DNA from: Oscillospiraceae bacterium
GTDB lineage: Bacteria > Bacillota > Clostridia > Oscillospirales > CAG-272
Direction: 5' to 3'
NCBI GenBank assembly: GCA_015064255.1
Contig: SVSP01000002.1
Location: forward strand, 127,462-191,461
DNA length: 64,000 nt
Shown here: positions 54,842-63,904 of the stretch, piece by piece
Position numbering within the stretch: position 1 is the first letter of the stretch
Layout: each line of letters opens with the position of its first letter
Notes under the pieces: generated by a model
The model's input: only the letters and a program-made list of their open reading frames with translations
Databases searched by the model: none
Told to the model about the DNA's origin: nothing
Position numbers and translations under genes: made by a program

Positions 54842-56422
54842 GTGAAAACACAGCTTGCACTTGAACTGCATAAGGTTACAAAAACCTTTGGAAGCGTCGT
54901 TGCAAACAAGGACGTAGATCTTTCCCTTAGAAAAGGCGAAATTTTGGCTCTGCTCGGCGAAAACGGAAGCGGAAAAACCACACTTATGAATATGATCGCA
55001 GGTATATACTATCCGGACGAGGGAGAAATACGCGTAAACGGAGAAGTTGCACACATCAGATCTCCCAAAGACGCGTTTGAATACGGTATCGGAATGATAC
55101 ATCAGCACTTCAAGCTCGTCGATGTTTTCTCTGCAAGTGAAAATATCATACTCGGTATGAAGGACAGCGGAAGATATAAGCTTTCCGAGGTTCACAAGAA
55201 AGTTTCGGAAATAACCGAGCTTTACGGATTCCATCTTGATCCTAAAAAGAAGATACACGAAATGGCGGTTTCTGAAAAGCAGACCGTTGAAATAATAAAG
55301 GTGCTCTACCGCGGAGCAGATATACTTATTCTTGACGAGCCGACAGCAGTTCTTGCTCCTCAGGAAACAGAAAGACTCTTCAGCGTCCTGCGACGTATGA
55401 GAGACAGCGGAAAATCTATCATTATTATCACTCACAAAATGAACGAGGTGCTCTCAATTTCGGACAGAGTCGCCGTTCTCAGAAAGGGTGAGCATATCGC
55501 TACGGTAAATACAGCCGAAACAAACGAGGGCGAGCTTACCGAAATGATGATAGGTAAAAAAGTAACTTTGAACATAAAACGCTCAGATCCGCAGAACGTA
55601 TGCGACCGTCTTTGCGTTTCAAATATAAACAGCACGAATGCCGACGGTGTCAAGGTGCTCGATAATATTTCATTTACTGCGCGTGCGGGCGAAATACTCG
55701 GTATCGCGGGTATCGCGGGAAGCGGTCAAAGAGAGCTTCTCGAATCTATCGCGGGACTTCATCACCTTGATAGCGGCGAGATCGTTTATCACGACCCGAA
55801 AAACGGAAAAGAAGAAAATCTCCGCGATAAAAATCCTCTTCAGATAAGAGATCTCGGTGTAAGGCTTTCCTTTGTCCCCGAGGACAGACTCGGAATGGGA
55901 CTTGTAGGTAATATGGATATTACCGATAATATGATGCTCAGAAGCTATGGTAAAGGTCATTCGGCTTTCGTTGACAGAAAGAAGCCGAGAGACCTTGCAA
56001 AACGTATAATAGAAGACCTTGAAGTCGTTACTCCGGGCGTTGATACTCCTGTAAGACGTCTTTCGGGCGGTAACGTGCAGAAGGTACTTGTAGGACGTGA
56101 AATTTCGACGGCTCCGACCGTTCTTATGGCGGCATATCCGGTAAGAGGACTTGATATTAACTCGTCTTATACGATATACAATCTTCTCAATAAGCAAAAA
56201 GAAAACGGAGTTTCCGTAATATTCGTAGGTGAAGACCTTGACGTACTTATCGAGCTTTGCGACAGAATTATCGTTATGAACTCGGGTAAGATCACGGGTG
56301 AGGTTGACGGACGTCTTGCTAAGCGCGAAGAGATAGGAATAATGATGACAAAGGATACGTCGGTTTCCGAGGATAAAAACACAGAAATAAACAAGGATAC
56401 GGAGGAAAAGGACAGTGAATAA
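54842..56422 (+). CDS. ABC transporter ATP-binding protein (duplicated ATPase)
   Basis: 526 aa; Walker A GENGSGKTT and two LSGG-type signature regions (VSEKQ / LSGGNVQK). GTG start after GGAGGA. Confidence 0.85.
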   Translation: MKTQLALELHKVTKTFGSVVANKDVDLSLRKGEILALLGENGSGKTTLMNMIAGIYYPDEGEIRVNGEVAHIRSPKDAFEYGIGMIHQHFKLVDVFSASENIILGMKDSGRYKLSEVHKKVSEITELYGFHLDPKKKIHEMAVSEKQTVEIIKVLYRGADILILDEPTAVLAPQETERLFSVLRRMRDSGKSIIIITHKMNEVLSISDRVAVLRKGEHIATVNTAETNEGELTEMMIGKKVTLNIKRSDPQNVCDRLCVSNINSTNADGVKVLDNISFTARAGEILGIAGIAGSGQRELLESIAGLHHLDSGEIVYHDPKNGKEENLRDKNPLQIRDLGVRLSFVPEDRLGMGLVGNMDITDNMMLRSYGKGHSAFVDRKKPRDLAKRIIEDLEVVTPGVDTPVRRLSGGNVQKVLVGREISTAPTVLMAAYPVRGLDINSSYTIYNLLNKQKENGVSVIFVGEDLDVLIELCDRIIVMNSGKITGEVDGRLAKREEIGIMMTKDTSVSEDKNTEINKDTEEKDSE

Positions 56423-57503
56423 AGCGGAAAAACATATAAAAGAGCCTTTTATGCGTGTTATTAAGCGCGACTCCATATCGTGGCAGAAAGCAATTCTTGT
56501 CCGCGCTCTCGCTATAATCGGATCACTGCTTTTCAGCGGAATAATATGCTATCTTCTCATAGGTGCAAATCCTCTGAAGCTGTATATCACACTTTTTGAG
56601 GGTGCTTTCGGAACCAAAAGAAGAATATGGAAGCTTGCCAAAGACCTTGCGCTTCTTCTTTGTATTTCACTTGCGATAACCCCTGCGTTTAAAATGCGAT
56701 TCTGGAATATAGGTGCAGAGGGACAGACGCTTATCGGATGTCTTGCAAGCGTTGCTTGTATATATTATCTCGGTAAGGGTATGCCTAACTGGCTGCTCAT
56801 TATCCTGATGTTTGTTGCGGCACTTGTTGCAAGTGCTCTTTGGGCGGTTATTCCCGCAATATTCAAGGCAAAGTGGAATACAAACGAAACGCTGTTTACA
56901 CTTATGATGAACTACGTTGCGATAAATCTCGTTGCGTATTATCTTCTCAAGTGGACTCCAAGCGGATCGAGCACGCTCGGTATGCTCTCCGAGGGACATC
57001 TGCCCAAGCTTATGAATAACGAATATCTTCTCCTTATACTCGTCGTACTCGCGCTTACCGTGGCTATGTATATCTATCTTAAATACAGTAAGCACGGCTA
57101 TGAAATAGCGGTCGTCGGCGAAAGTGAAAATACTGCAAAGTATATCGGTATAAACGTAAAGAAGGTTATTATAAGAACGATGGTGCTTTCGGGCGCTCTT
57201 TGCGGACTTGCGGGATTTTTGATAGTCGGTGCGCTTGACCATTCGGTTACAACGGCGAGTGCGGGCGGACTCGGATTTACTGCGATAATGGTTTCCTGGC
57301 TCGGAAAGTTCAATCCCTTTACGATGATACTTACATCTCTTCTCGTAGTTTTCCTCGAAAACGGTGCGGACAGAATAGTAACGGTTTTTAATATCAATGA
57401 CGCTTTCCCGAGTATCGTTACGGGAATAGTGCTTTTCTTCATTATAGGATGCGAATTCTTTATCAACTATAAGGTAATATTCCGTAAAAAGGAGGCTAAA
57501 TAA
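56415..57503 (+). CDS. ABC transporter permease
   Basis: 362 aa polytopic protein; overlaps the ATPase gene by 8 nt. Confidence 0.8.
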   Translation: MNKAEKHIKEPFMRVIKRDSISWQKAILVRALAIIGSLLFSGIICYLLIGANPLKLYITLFEGAFGTKRRIWKLAKDLALLLCISLAITPAFKMRFWNIGAEGQTLIGCLASVACIYYLGKGMPNWLLIILMFVAALVASALWAVIPAIFKAKWNTNETLFTLMMNYVAINLVAYYLLKWTPSGSSTLGMLSEGHLPKLMNNEYLLLILVVLALTVAMYIYLKYSKHGYEIAVVGESENTAKYIGINVKKVIIRTMVLSGALCGLAGFLIVGALDHSVTTASAGGLGFTAIMVSWLGKFNPFTMILTSLLVVFLENGADRIVTVFNINDAFPSIVTGIVLFFIIGCEFFINYKVIFRKKEAK

Positions 57504-58468
57504 TGATTATTTTAGAATATCTGCTCAGTGCGATAGCACTTGGAATGACCTTCCTTTACGGCTCGACAGGTGAAATAATCACCGAAAAAACGGGACACCT
57601 TAACCTCGGTATTCCCGGAATTATGTGTGTTGGTGCGGCAAGCGGCTGTCTTGCACTTCACCATATGATAATGGCAAATATAACAAACGGATTTTTGCTC
57701 GTGCTTGTCGGAATTATTGCCGCTTTCATAGGCTCGGCGCTTATGGGACTTATATACAGCTTCCTCGCCGTGACCCTCCACGCAAATCAGAACGTTACTG
57801 GACTTGCTCTTACGACCTTTGGCGTGGGTGTTATGAAGTTCATAATATTCGGACTCAGAGTAGGCAACGACGTTCCGTATCTCAAAGCACTCAATGCTTT
57901 TCGTTTTCCGTTCGCTTCGCAGGATAATGCGCTTAAATATTGCGGAGTTATGGTATTTTTGGCAATTATAATCGCACTTCTCACATCGTGGGTGCTTTTC
58001 GGTACAAAGGTTGGACTTAACCTTCGTGCAGTCGGTGAAAACCCCGCTACAGCAGATGCGGTCGGTATAAACGTTACGGCATATAAATACTTTGCAACCT
58101 GCATAGGAAGCGGAATTGCCGGTCTTGGCGGACTTTGCTACGTTATGGACTATGCCGGCTCACAGGAGGCTTATCTCAGCGTAGAGGCGCTTGGATGGCT
58201 TGCGATCGCGCTTGTAATATTTGCTCTTTGGAGACCGCATATCAGTATATTCGGTTCGGTAGTTTTCGGAGCACTCTTTATCGCAGGTGCATTCATTCCG
58301 ACTATTATACCACTTCCTTTCCTTCAAAAGATGCAGACGGTACCGCTGCTCAAGATGCTTCCTTACGTTGTTACGATAATCGTACTTATAGTTACGAGTA
58401 TCCGCGATAAAAAGGAAAATCAGCCGCCCGCGGCACTCGGACTCCCTTACTTCAGAGAAGAAAGATAA
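57503..58468 (+). CDS. ABC transporter permease
   Basis: 321 aa polytopic protein; TAATG junction with the preceding permease. Confidence 0.8.
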   Translation: MIILEYLLSAIALGMTFLYGSTGEIITEKTGHLNLGIPGIMCVGAASGCLALHHMIMANITNGFLLVLVGIIAAFIGSALMGLIYSFLAVTLHANQNVTGLALTTFGVGVMKFIIFGLRVGNDVPYLKALNAFRFPFASQDNALKYCGVMVFLAIIIALLTSWVLFGTKVGLNLRAVGENPATADAVGINVTAYKYFATCIGSGIAGLGGLCYVMDYAGSQEAYLSVEALGWLAIALVIFALWRPHISIFGSVVFGALFIAGAFIPTIIPLPFLQKMQTVPLLKMLPYVVTIIVLIVTSIRDKKENQPPAALGLPYFREER

Positions 58469-58486
58469 TCCCGAAAAACAAAAACA

Positions 58487-58529
58487 CGGCGTGATGCTTA
58501 TAAGTAAGTATCACGCCGATTTTGTTTTG
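58487..58529 (+). terminator. Intrinsic terminator after the ABC transporter operon
   Basis: cggcgtgat...atcacgccg stem followed by attttgtttt. Confidence 0.7.
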
Positions 58530-58534
58530 CCGTG

Positions 58535-58562
58535 TTGACAAATCATTTTTATTTGGTATAAT
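58535..58562 (+). promoter_or_regulatory. Extended -10 promoter
   Basis: TTGACA at 58535-58540, 16-nt spacer, TGgTATAAT ending at 58562. Confidence 0.55.
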
Positions 58563-58589
58563 AAATTTGTATAAACGGTAAAAAGGAAG

Positions 58590-59837
58590 GTGACAGATTT
58601 GAAAAACACAAGACTGACTCTTGATGAACTTATGCACTCCGTAAATTCTCAAAGATGGCCGAAGCGCTGGGAAGAATTTTACGATAGGGTAATGGATGAA
58701 TACGAAAAAAACGGATGTCCTTTTGCGGATCCGAATTATTACAGTGCGCTGAACGATAAATACGATATGTTTCCGAATTTTCTTGAGGATTATAAGGCTG
58801 CGGCGAAGGCTGTGTCGGAAGATGATGCGCTCTGCCGTGTGCTGATGCTCATTTGCGAGTCGGTAAAGGACAGGAAAAATATTGCACAGGACATAAAAGA
58901 GCTTGAGCTTCCGCACAGTGCCGACGGAACGTATCAGATAAAATACGATATGCTTACCGCGCTCGTAATGGCTTCTGCCGCCGAATATCAGCATTCTCTT
59001 TATGCGGCGAGAAATCTTCCCGATGATCATATAAAGTACGGTATGCGGCATATGGAAGGAATGGTGCGAAATTATAAATCGCGAAACAACGGCCGCACGG
59101 GAGCTATGTCGTGGGAATGGTATCAGCTCAGCATTGATGCAAGGCTCTACAGAATCGGACGCCTCGAAATAGAGATCTTCGCAAAATTTACACCTAATGC
59201 TACCGTTTTTGAGAGTGAAAACGGGGAAATTATCGCTCTTGCAAACAACGTCACTTTACATAAATCCGGCTATATGCTCGGATGCGCGAGCTACAAGGAC
59301 GAGGAAAGTTCATTCAGGGCCGAGATCGAGGAGAATGAGCTTTCATATATCGGATATCCGTATATCCGCCGCGGAGTCGTCGGAAATGACAAAATAAAGC
59401 TACCGAAAAGCTCCTGGAAGAAAATAATCGAGCCGGGAGATCCTGTTGTGTCGCTGCATATTCCCGCAGGAAGCGGTTTTAATGACGAAGCAATAAACAA
59501 GTGCTTCGCGGATTCAAAGGAATTTCTCGCGAAATACTTCCCCGATTTTGATTATAAGGCATTCGTTTGCAGCAGCTGGCTTATGGACGATATGCTGATC
59601 GATCTGCTCGGAGAGGAAAAGAATATTTCGAAATTCTGCGGAAGATTTTTGAAGATCGGGCAGAGAAGTGCGGGAAGGGCGGTATTTTCGTTTGTGTTTC
59701 TGCAACCCGACGTAAATAACGTCGACTACAGCACGCTCCCTGAAAATACGACGCTTGAAAAACTTCTGAAAAAGCATTATATCGACGGTAACGCGATATA
59801 TGAATGTTACGGATACATTCCTAAGAGTAAAATATAA
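58590..59837 (+). CDS. Hypothetical protein, possibly acyltransferase-domain (DUF5596/GNAT-C-like) family
   Basis: 415 aa. The C-terminal pattern (VSLHIPAG...FVCSSWLMD) recalls an uncharacterised clostridial acyltransferase-like family; this assignment is from memory only. The start may be the TTG at 58599. Confidence 0.35.
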   Translation: MTDLKNTRLTLDELMHSVNSQRWPKRWEEFYDRVMDEYEKNGCPFADPNYYSALNDKYDMFPNFLEDYKAAAKAVSEDDALCRVLMLICESVKDRKNIAQDIKELELPHSADGTYQIKYDMLTALVMASAAEYQHSLYAARNLPDDHIKYGMRHMEGMVRNYKSRNNGRTGAMSWEWYQLSIDARLYRIGRLEIEIFAKFTPNATVFESENGEIIALANNVTLHKSGYMLGCASYKDEESSFRAEIEENELSYIGYPYIRRGVVGNDKIKLPKSSWKKIIEPGDPVVSLHIPAGSGFNDEAINKCFADSKEFLAKYFPDFDYKAFVCSSWLMDDMLIDLLGEEKNISKFCGRFLKIGQRSAGRAVFSFVFLQPDVNNVDYSTLPENTTLEKLLKKHYIDGNAIYECYGYIPKSKI

Positions 59838-59840
59838 TAT

Positions 59841-59872
59841 AAAAAGAGTAGGATTTTCACCCTACTCTTTTT
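59841..59872. terminator. Bidirectional intrinsic terminator
   Basis: aaaaagagtagg-attttcac-cctactcttttt between convergent genes. Confidence 0.75.
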
Positions 59873-59886
59873 ATGTACAATATTAT

Positions 59887-60828
59887 TTATTTTTGACTCA
59901 GCAGAGTTCCATAGTCGATAATTTCCTTGTCGCCGTATTCTTCAAGATAGCTTTCATTCATAAAAGCACCAAATGTTTTGATGGCGCGCACACCGAGTGA
60001 GGAGTAAAAATCAAAATCGGCGGAAAGCACGTTTTCGTGGTAGGGCACTTTTATGAGAGGCAGGCGTCCCCATTTGGTATAAAAGGAAACGTCGAGCCAA
60101 TATTCGAGAATTTCGGCATTCTTTGGGTCGAAAACCTCAAGCAGCTTCTCAATATTTTCCGCGTGTGTTTGGTTTTCGCCTTCGGTAACAGGTGTGAACA
60201 TATCTCTGTGAATAGGCGCGTACTCGACGAAAATTCCTTCCGTAATGGGTTCTGTGGGCGGTGTGACAGTGTTGTGATATGCGAGATATGAAAGCTCGGC
60301 TTCGGGATCGTAGCGGCGAAGTCCCTTAAGAATACTCTTGACTATACGAAGATTCTGGTCGGACGGGGAGATATCCTTGCACTTTTCGCAGTGACACCAA
60401 GCGTCAATCGCATCGTCCGTCCAAAGATAGTAGCGGTGTCCCGACTGTCTGAATTCCTTTGCAAGACCGTAGGCACGCTCACTGATTATGGAGAGCGCTT
60501 CTTCGGACTGAACGCAAAGATTATGGTCGCCCGAGCGCTTTCCGTTCGTGTTTACGCGGAAATATTCGGGATGCTCGTCGAAAAGATTTCTCGGAAGAAG
60601 GTATCTCAGCGCGTGAAGCTCATGTTCGACCTCTATTCCTGCATCCTCGACCTTTTTTATCATTTCGCGGCCGCCGTTATTCAGCCAATCGATATAATCT
60701 TCGACCGTGTTTTTGGTAGTTATAAAATGTAGCCCAAGGGTAGTAAATTTGCCTTGCTTTAAAATGTCTATCCATTTGTCACAGAGATCTATATTTCGTA
60801 TGACGATACTTCTTTTAAGAGAACTCAT
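59887..60828 (-). CDS. Putative glycan-active protein, DUF4838-like
   Basis: 313 aa with the WCHCEKC cysteine motif and a TIM-barrel-like pattern. Family recalled from memory, not verified. Confidence 0.4.
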   Translation of the reverse strand: MSSLKRSIVIRNIDLCDKWIDILKQGKFTTLGLHFITTKNTVEDYIDWLNNGGREMIKKVEDAGIEVEHELHALRYLLPRNLFDEHPEYFRVNTNGKRSGDHNLCVQSEEALSIISERAYGLAKEFRQSGHRYYLWTDDAIDAWCHCEKCKDISPSDQNLRIVKSILKGLRRYDPEAELSYLAYHNTVTPPTEPITEGIFVEYAPIHRDMFTPVTEGENQTHAENIEKLLEVFDPKNAEILEYWLDVSFYTKWGRLPLIKVPYHENVLSADFDFYSSLGVRAIKTFGAFMNESYLEEYGDKEIIDYGTLLSQK

Positions 60829-60857
60829 AGCTTTTCTCCTTTGTGATTTTTAAGCTC

Positions 60858-61664
60858 TCAGAGCCCTTTTATCCAATCGACAGAAAGTGATACCCAAGAG
60901 GATACACGTGACTCTATGTTTGGGTTTCCGTGGCTTGTGGCACGATTTGCGAGTGCAAGTCCGTGGGGTCCTTGCGGGAAAACGTGAAGCTCAAAGGGAA
61001 GTCCCGCTTTTGCATATGCAAGCGCGAGAAGAAGAGGACTTGCAACGGGAACTACGGGGTCTGTGGCTGTATGGAAGGCGAACATAGGAGCAGCTGTTTC
61101 GGCTTTTACGTGGTTTTCGAGAGAATAGAGCTCAAGCTCTTCGTCGGTCGGGTCGTTTTTGCCGAGCAGGCGCTGGAATGAACCGAGATGAGTTGCGCAT
61201 CTCTTTCCTGAAACAACGGGATAACCGAGGACAACACCGTTTGGCTTGTTCGAACCAGGCTCGATTCCCGTGATCTCACAGATCTCCGGGATGTCCCACA
61301 TTACGCCGAGTGAGCCTGCGAGGTGTCCGCCTGCTGAAAATCCTACGACGAAGATTCGGTCGGGATTGATGTTGAATTCTTCTGCGTGAGCGCGTATATA
61401 GCTGAGTGCGAGAGATGCATCACAAAGCGAGCGCGGGAAAACGGCTTTTTCTTTTACCGAATAGTGGAGAACGAAAGCGTTGAATCCTGCGGTCATATAT
61501 GCGAGTGCGATAGGCTCGCCTTCGCGATCTGCGCAAACGTCATAGTATCCGCCACCGGGGATCACGAGCATAGCATCATACGGTGTGCTTTTAAGCTCGG
61601 AAAGGTAGGTAGTCATATAAATATCGGGATCGTCTTCTCTGAGATTAATTTTTTTCTGTATCAT
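60858..61664 (-). CDS. Alpha/beta hydrolase (esterase)
   Basis: ORF 60858..61682; start set at MIQKKINL. Nucleophile elbow GFSAGGH and VIPGGGY oxyanion region. Confidence 0.75.
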   Translation of the reverse strand: MIQKKINLREDDPDIYMTTYLSELKSTPYDAMLVIPGGGYYDVCADREGEPIALAYMTAGFNAFVLHYSVKEKAVFPRSLCDASLALSYIRAHAEEFNINPDRIFVVGFSAGGHLAGSLGVMWDIPEICEITGIEPGSNKPNGVVLGYPVVSGKRCATHLGSFQRLLGKNDPTDEELELYSLENHVKAETAAPMFAFHTATDPVVPVASPLLLALAYAKAGLPFELHVFPQGPHGLALANRATSHGNPNIESRVSSWVSLSVDWIKGL

Positions 61665-61747
61665 AGCATAAATTCCTTTCAAATAGGTTCTCTTAAATTC
61701 ATTATAACACTTAATTTTTTCAAAATCAATAATTTTTGAAATAAAAT

Positions 61748-61775
61748 AAAAAACTGCTGTGCAAACGCATAGCAG
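61748..61775 (-). terminator. Intrinsic terminator of secG
   Basis: ctgctgtgc-aaac-gcatagcag hairpin. The A-run on the + strand is a T-run on the transcript strand. Confidence 0.65.
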
Positions 61776-61797
61776 TTTTCGGTTTTAAGATTAAATT

Positions 61798-62169
61798 TTA
61801 TTCTTTAGCAGAATCTTCGTGATCGTGCTCGTCTTCTTCCTCTTCCTCGGTAACGGTAACTGTGATAGAGCCGTCTTCTACACCTGCGATGTAGTCCTTA
61901 AGAGCGTCATAATCGTACGTGATCTTTGCCTTACCGGGCTGGATAGCGTAGATGGCGAGAATAACGATAGTGAAAACGATACTTACAATGATTGTGAACT
62001 TGTTAAGCTTCTTGTCGATCGTCTTGCCCTTGGACTTGCCGAAGAAGGTTTCAGCACTGCCGGCAATAGCACCCGAAAGACGAGCGTTTTTGCTGCTCTG
62101 GAAAAGAACTGCAACGATAAGAAAGATAGAAACGAGAATAAGTAAAACTCCGATAATAATTTCAAGCAT
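61798..62169 (-). CDS. secG: Preprotein translocase subunit SecG with extended acidic C-terminus
   Basis: The N-terminal about 75 aa match the SecG pattern (LLILVSIFLIVAVLFQSSK...GSAETFFG). An extra TM helix and the tail EEEEEDEHDHED follow. Confidence 0.75.
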   Translation of the reverse strand: MLEIIIGVLLILVSIFLIVAVLFQSSKNARLSGAIAGSAETFFGKSKGKTIDKKLNKFTIIVSIVFTIVILAIYAIQPGKAKITYDYDALKDYIAGVEDGSITVTVTEEEEEDEHDHEDSAKE

Positions 62170-62275
62170 TTTATAAGTCCTCCGTAAACACCCTGTGCAA
62201 GGGCTTTATAACTTTTGATACGAGATTTAAGTAATTACACAATGACCGCTTGCGTGTTGCAAGCGGTCATTGTAA

Positions 62276-62349
62276 TGGGCCATCAGGGATTCGAACCCCG
62301 GACCAACCGGTTATGAGCCGGTAGCTCTGACCAACTGAGCTAATGGCCC
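62276..62349 (-). tRNA. tRNA with CAT anticodon (elongator Met or lysidine-modified Ile2); no encoded CCA
   Basis: The reverse complement folds as a cloverleaf: acceptor GGGCCAT/ATGGCCC, D stem GCTC/GAGC, anticodon stem ACCGG/CCGGT with loop CTCATAA, and T arm CGGGG-TTCGAAT-CCCTG. Confidence 0.9.
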
Positions 62350-62379
62350 TTTTAAAGGGAATATTTCCGCGCGCTTCAT

Positions 62380-62408
62380 AGTATAACATACTTTTACTGT
62401 TTTGTCAA
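62380..62408 (-). promoter_or_regulatory. Consensus promoter of the tRNA gene
   Basis: The minus strand reads TTGACA (62408-62403), a 17-nt spacer and TATACT (62385-62380), about 30 nt upstream of the tRNA 5' end. Confidence 0.6.
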
Positions 62409-62511
62409 TATGTAAAATGCAATTTTATTAAATTTTTCCGTAAAAATATTGAAGTTTTTGAAGCCTTATTCTTGATATGCGCAAATATCCGATTTATGAG
62501 CTGATTTTTTA

Positions 62512-63309
62512 TCAACCGAAAAGCTTTCTGAAATTGTTGTAAAGCACGTCCTCAAGGTCTTGTCCCGAAAGGTCAAGCTTCATAAAGCGCGCAAGCTCTT
62601 CTTCGGCGTCCCACATAGGGAAGTCTGTGCCGAACATAAACTTGTCCGGCCCGAAATGATGAAGGATGCGGTTTGCCTCGTCTATGGGCAGAAAATCAAG
62701 CGAGCTGGATGTGTCAAAGAATATGCGGCCATTTACGGGCAGACATTTGAACTCGTGCCATCTGCGGTATCCGCCGAAGTGCGAAACGATAACCTTAAGA
62801 TCGGGCACCTGCCTCATCAGATTTGCGACTCTTTGCGGCGAAGAATAGTCGTAGCGGTTGTCACCCACGTGGAAAAGTACGGGCATACCGCGTTTTGCTA
62901 TTTCGCGATACATAGAAATGGTGTGCTCATCGTCGATATCGAATTTCTGAAAATCGTTGTGGAATTTAACTCCCACGAGCCCGAGCTCTTTTGCGCGGTC
63001 AAGCTCTTCGGCAATGCCTGTAAACTCGGGATGCATAGCGGCAAATCCGACAAGGATAAGACCGCCGCGCTTTTTAGCATCGGCACAGCTTGAGGAAATA
63101 AAATCGTTTATACTTGTGACCTGCGCGGCAGTAACTGCGGCAGAGCAGACAAGACAGCGCTCCGTTCCTATCTTTTTCTCGTTTTCACGGAGAATTTCAA
63201 TATCTGCGGGGTAAGACATACCGATCTCATAGAAATCACCTATGGATTTCGAAGCTTTTGCCGATATCTTTGAAGGAAATATGTGAGTGTGTGCGTCTGC
63301 AATCTTCAT
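62512..63309 (-). CDS. Amidohydrolase-family metal-dependent hydrolase (TIM barrel)
   Basis: 265 aa; DAHTHIF N-terminus, VKFH, FHVGD and FGTDFP motifs. Confidence 0.7.
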   Translation of the reverse strand: MKIADAHTHIFPSKISAKASKSIGDFYEIGMSYPADIEILRENEKKIGTERCLVCSAAVTAAQVTSINDFISSSCADAKKRGGLILVGFAAMHPEFTGIAEELDRAKELGLVGVKFHNDFQKFDIDDEHTISMYREIAKRGMPVLFHVGDNRYDYSSPQRVANLMRQVPDLKVIVSHFGGYRRWHEFKCLPVNGRIFFDTSSSLDFLPIDEANRILHHFGPDKFMFGTDFPMWDAEEELARFMKLDLSGQDLEDVLYNNFRKLFG

Positions 63310-63444
63310 TGTGTTTTGCCTTTCTGAAATAAACGATAGGTATATAATATCACAAAAAATTTGATTTGTAAAGTATAAAAAGAAAACAGCTTATAAATAA
63401 TATTATTCTTTTTATAAAAGTCTTCCTCGCTCCGTGATTTTTTG

Positions 63445-63476
63445 AAAAAACAATCGGCAGACTGACGTCTGCCGAT
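63445..63476 (-). terminator. Intrinsic terminator of the ACP gene
   Basis: atcggcagac-tgac-gtctgccgat hairpin with an A-run on the + strand (T-run on the transcript). Confidence 0.7.
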
Positions 63477-63484
63477 CATTTGGT

Positions 63485-63715
63485 TTAAGTATTGTTTTCA
63501 ATATAGTCGCACAAATCGCTTACTGTACGGAGATTCGGAAATTCTTCTTCGGGAATTGCAAGACCGAACTGCTCTTCAACTGTCATAAGAATTTCAACGA
63601 CATCGAGAGAGTCTGCACCGAGGTCTTCCATAATATCAGCAGACTTGTCGATTTTTTCGACATCTACGCGCAGCTGTCTTGAAAGTATCTGCGTGAGTTC
63701 TTCGAAAATATTCAT
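63485..63715 (-). CDS. Acyl carrier protein
   Basis: ORF 63485..63775; start set at MNIFEEL. Phosphopantetheine attachment motif DLGADSLD. Confidence 0.85.
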   Translation of the reverse strand: MNIFEELTQILSRQLRVDVEKIDKSADIMEDLGADSLDVVEILMTVEEQFGLAIPEEEFPNLRTVSDLCDYIENNT

Positions 63716-63904
63716 AAATATAACGTATCCTTCCGATTGTTTATTTGAGTCACACGTTTGGTATCTGCATAACATACAGACCTGTATATTATATATGAAG
63801 TTGATCTAAAAATCAATAGTAAATTCACGGAAAATCTCTAATATTAACACAATATTCACAATTTTGCTGAATAACTCAAAGGTTTTACGTCAAAAATACT
63901 TGAT

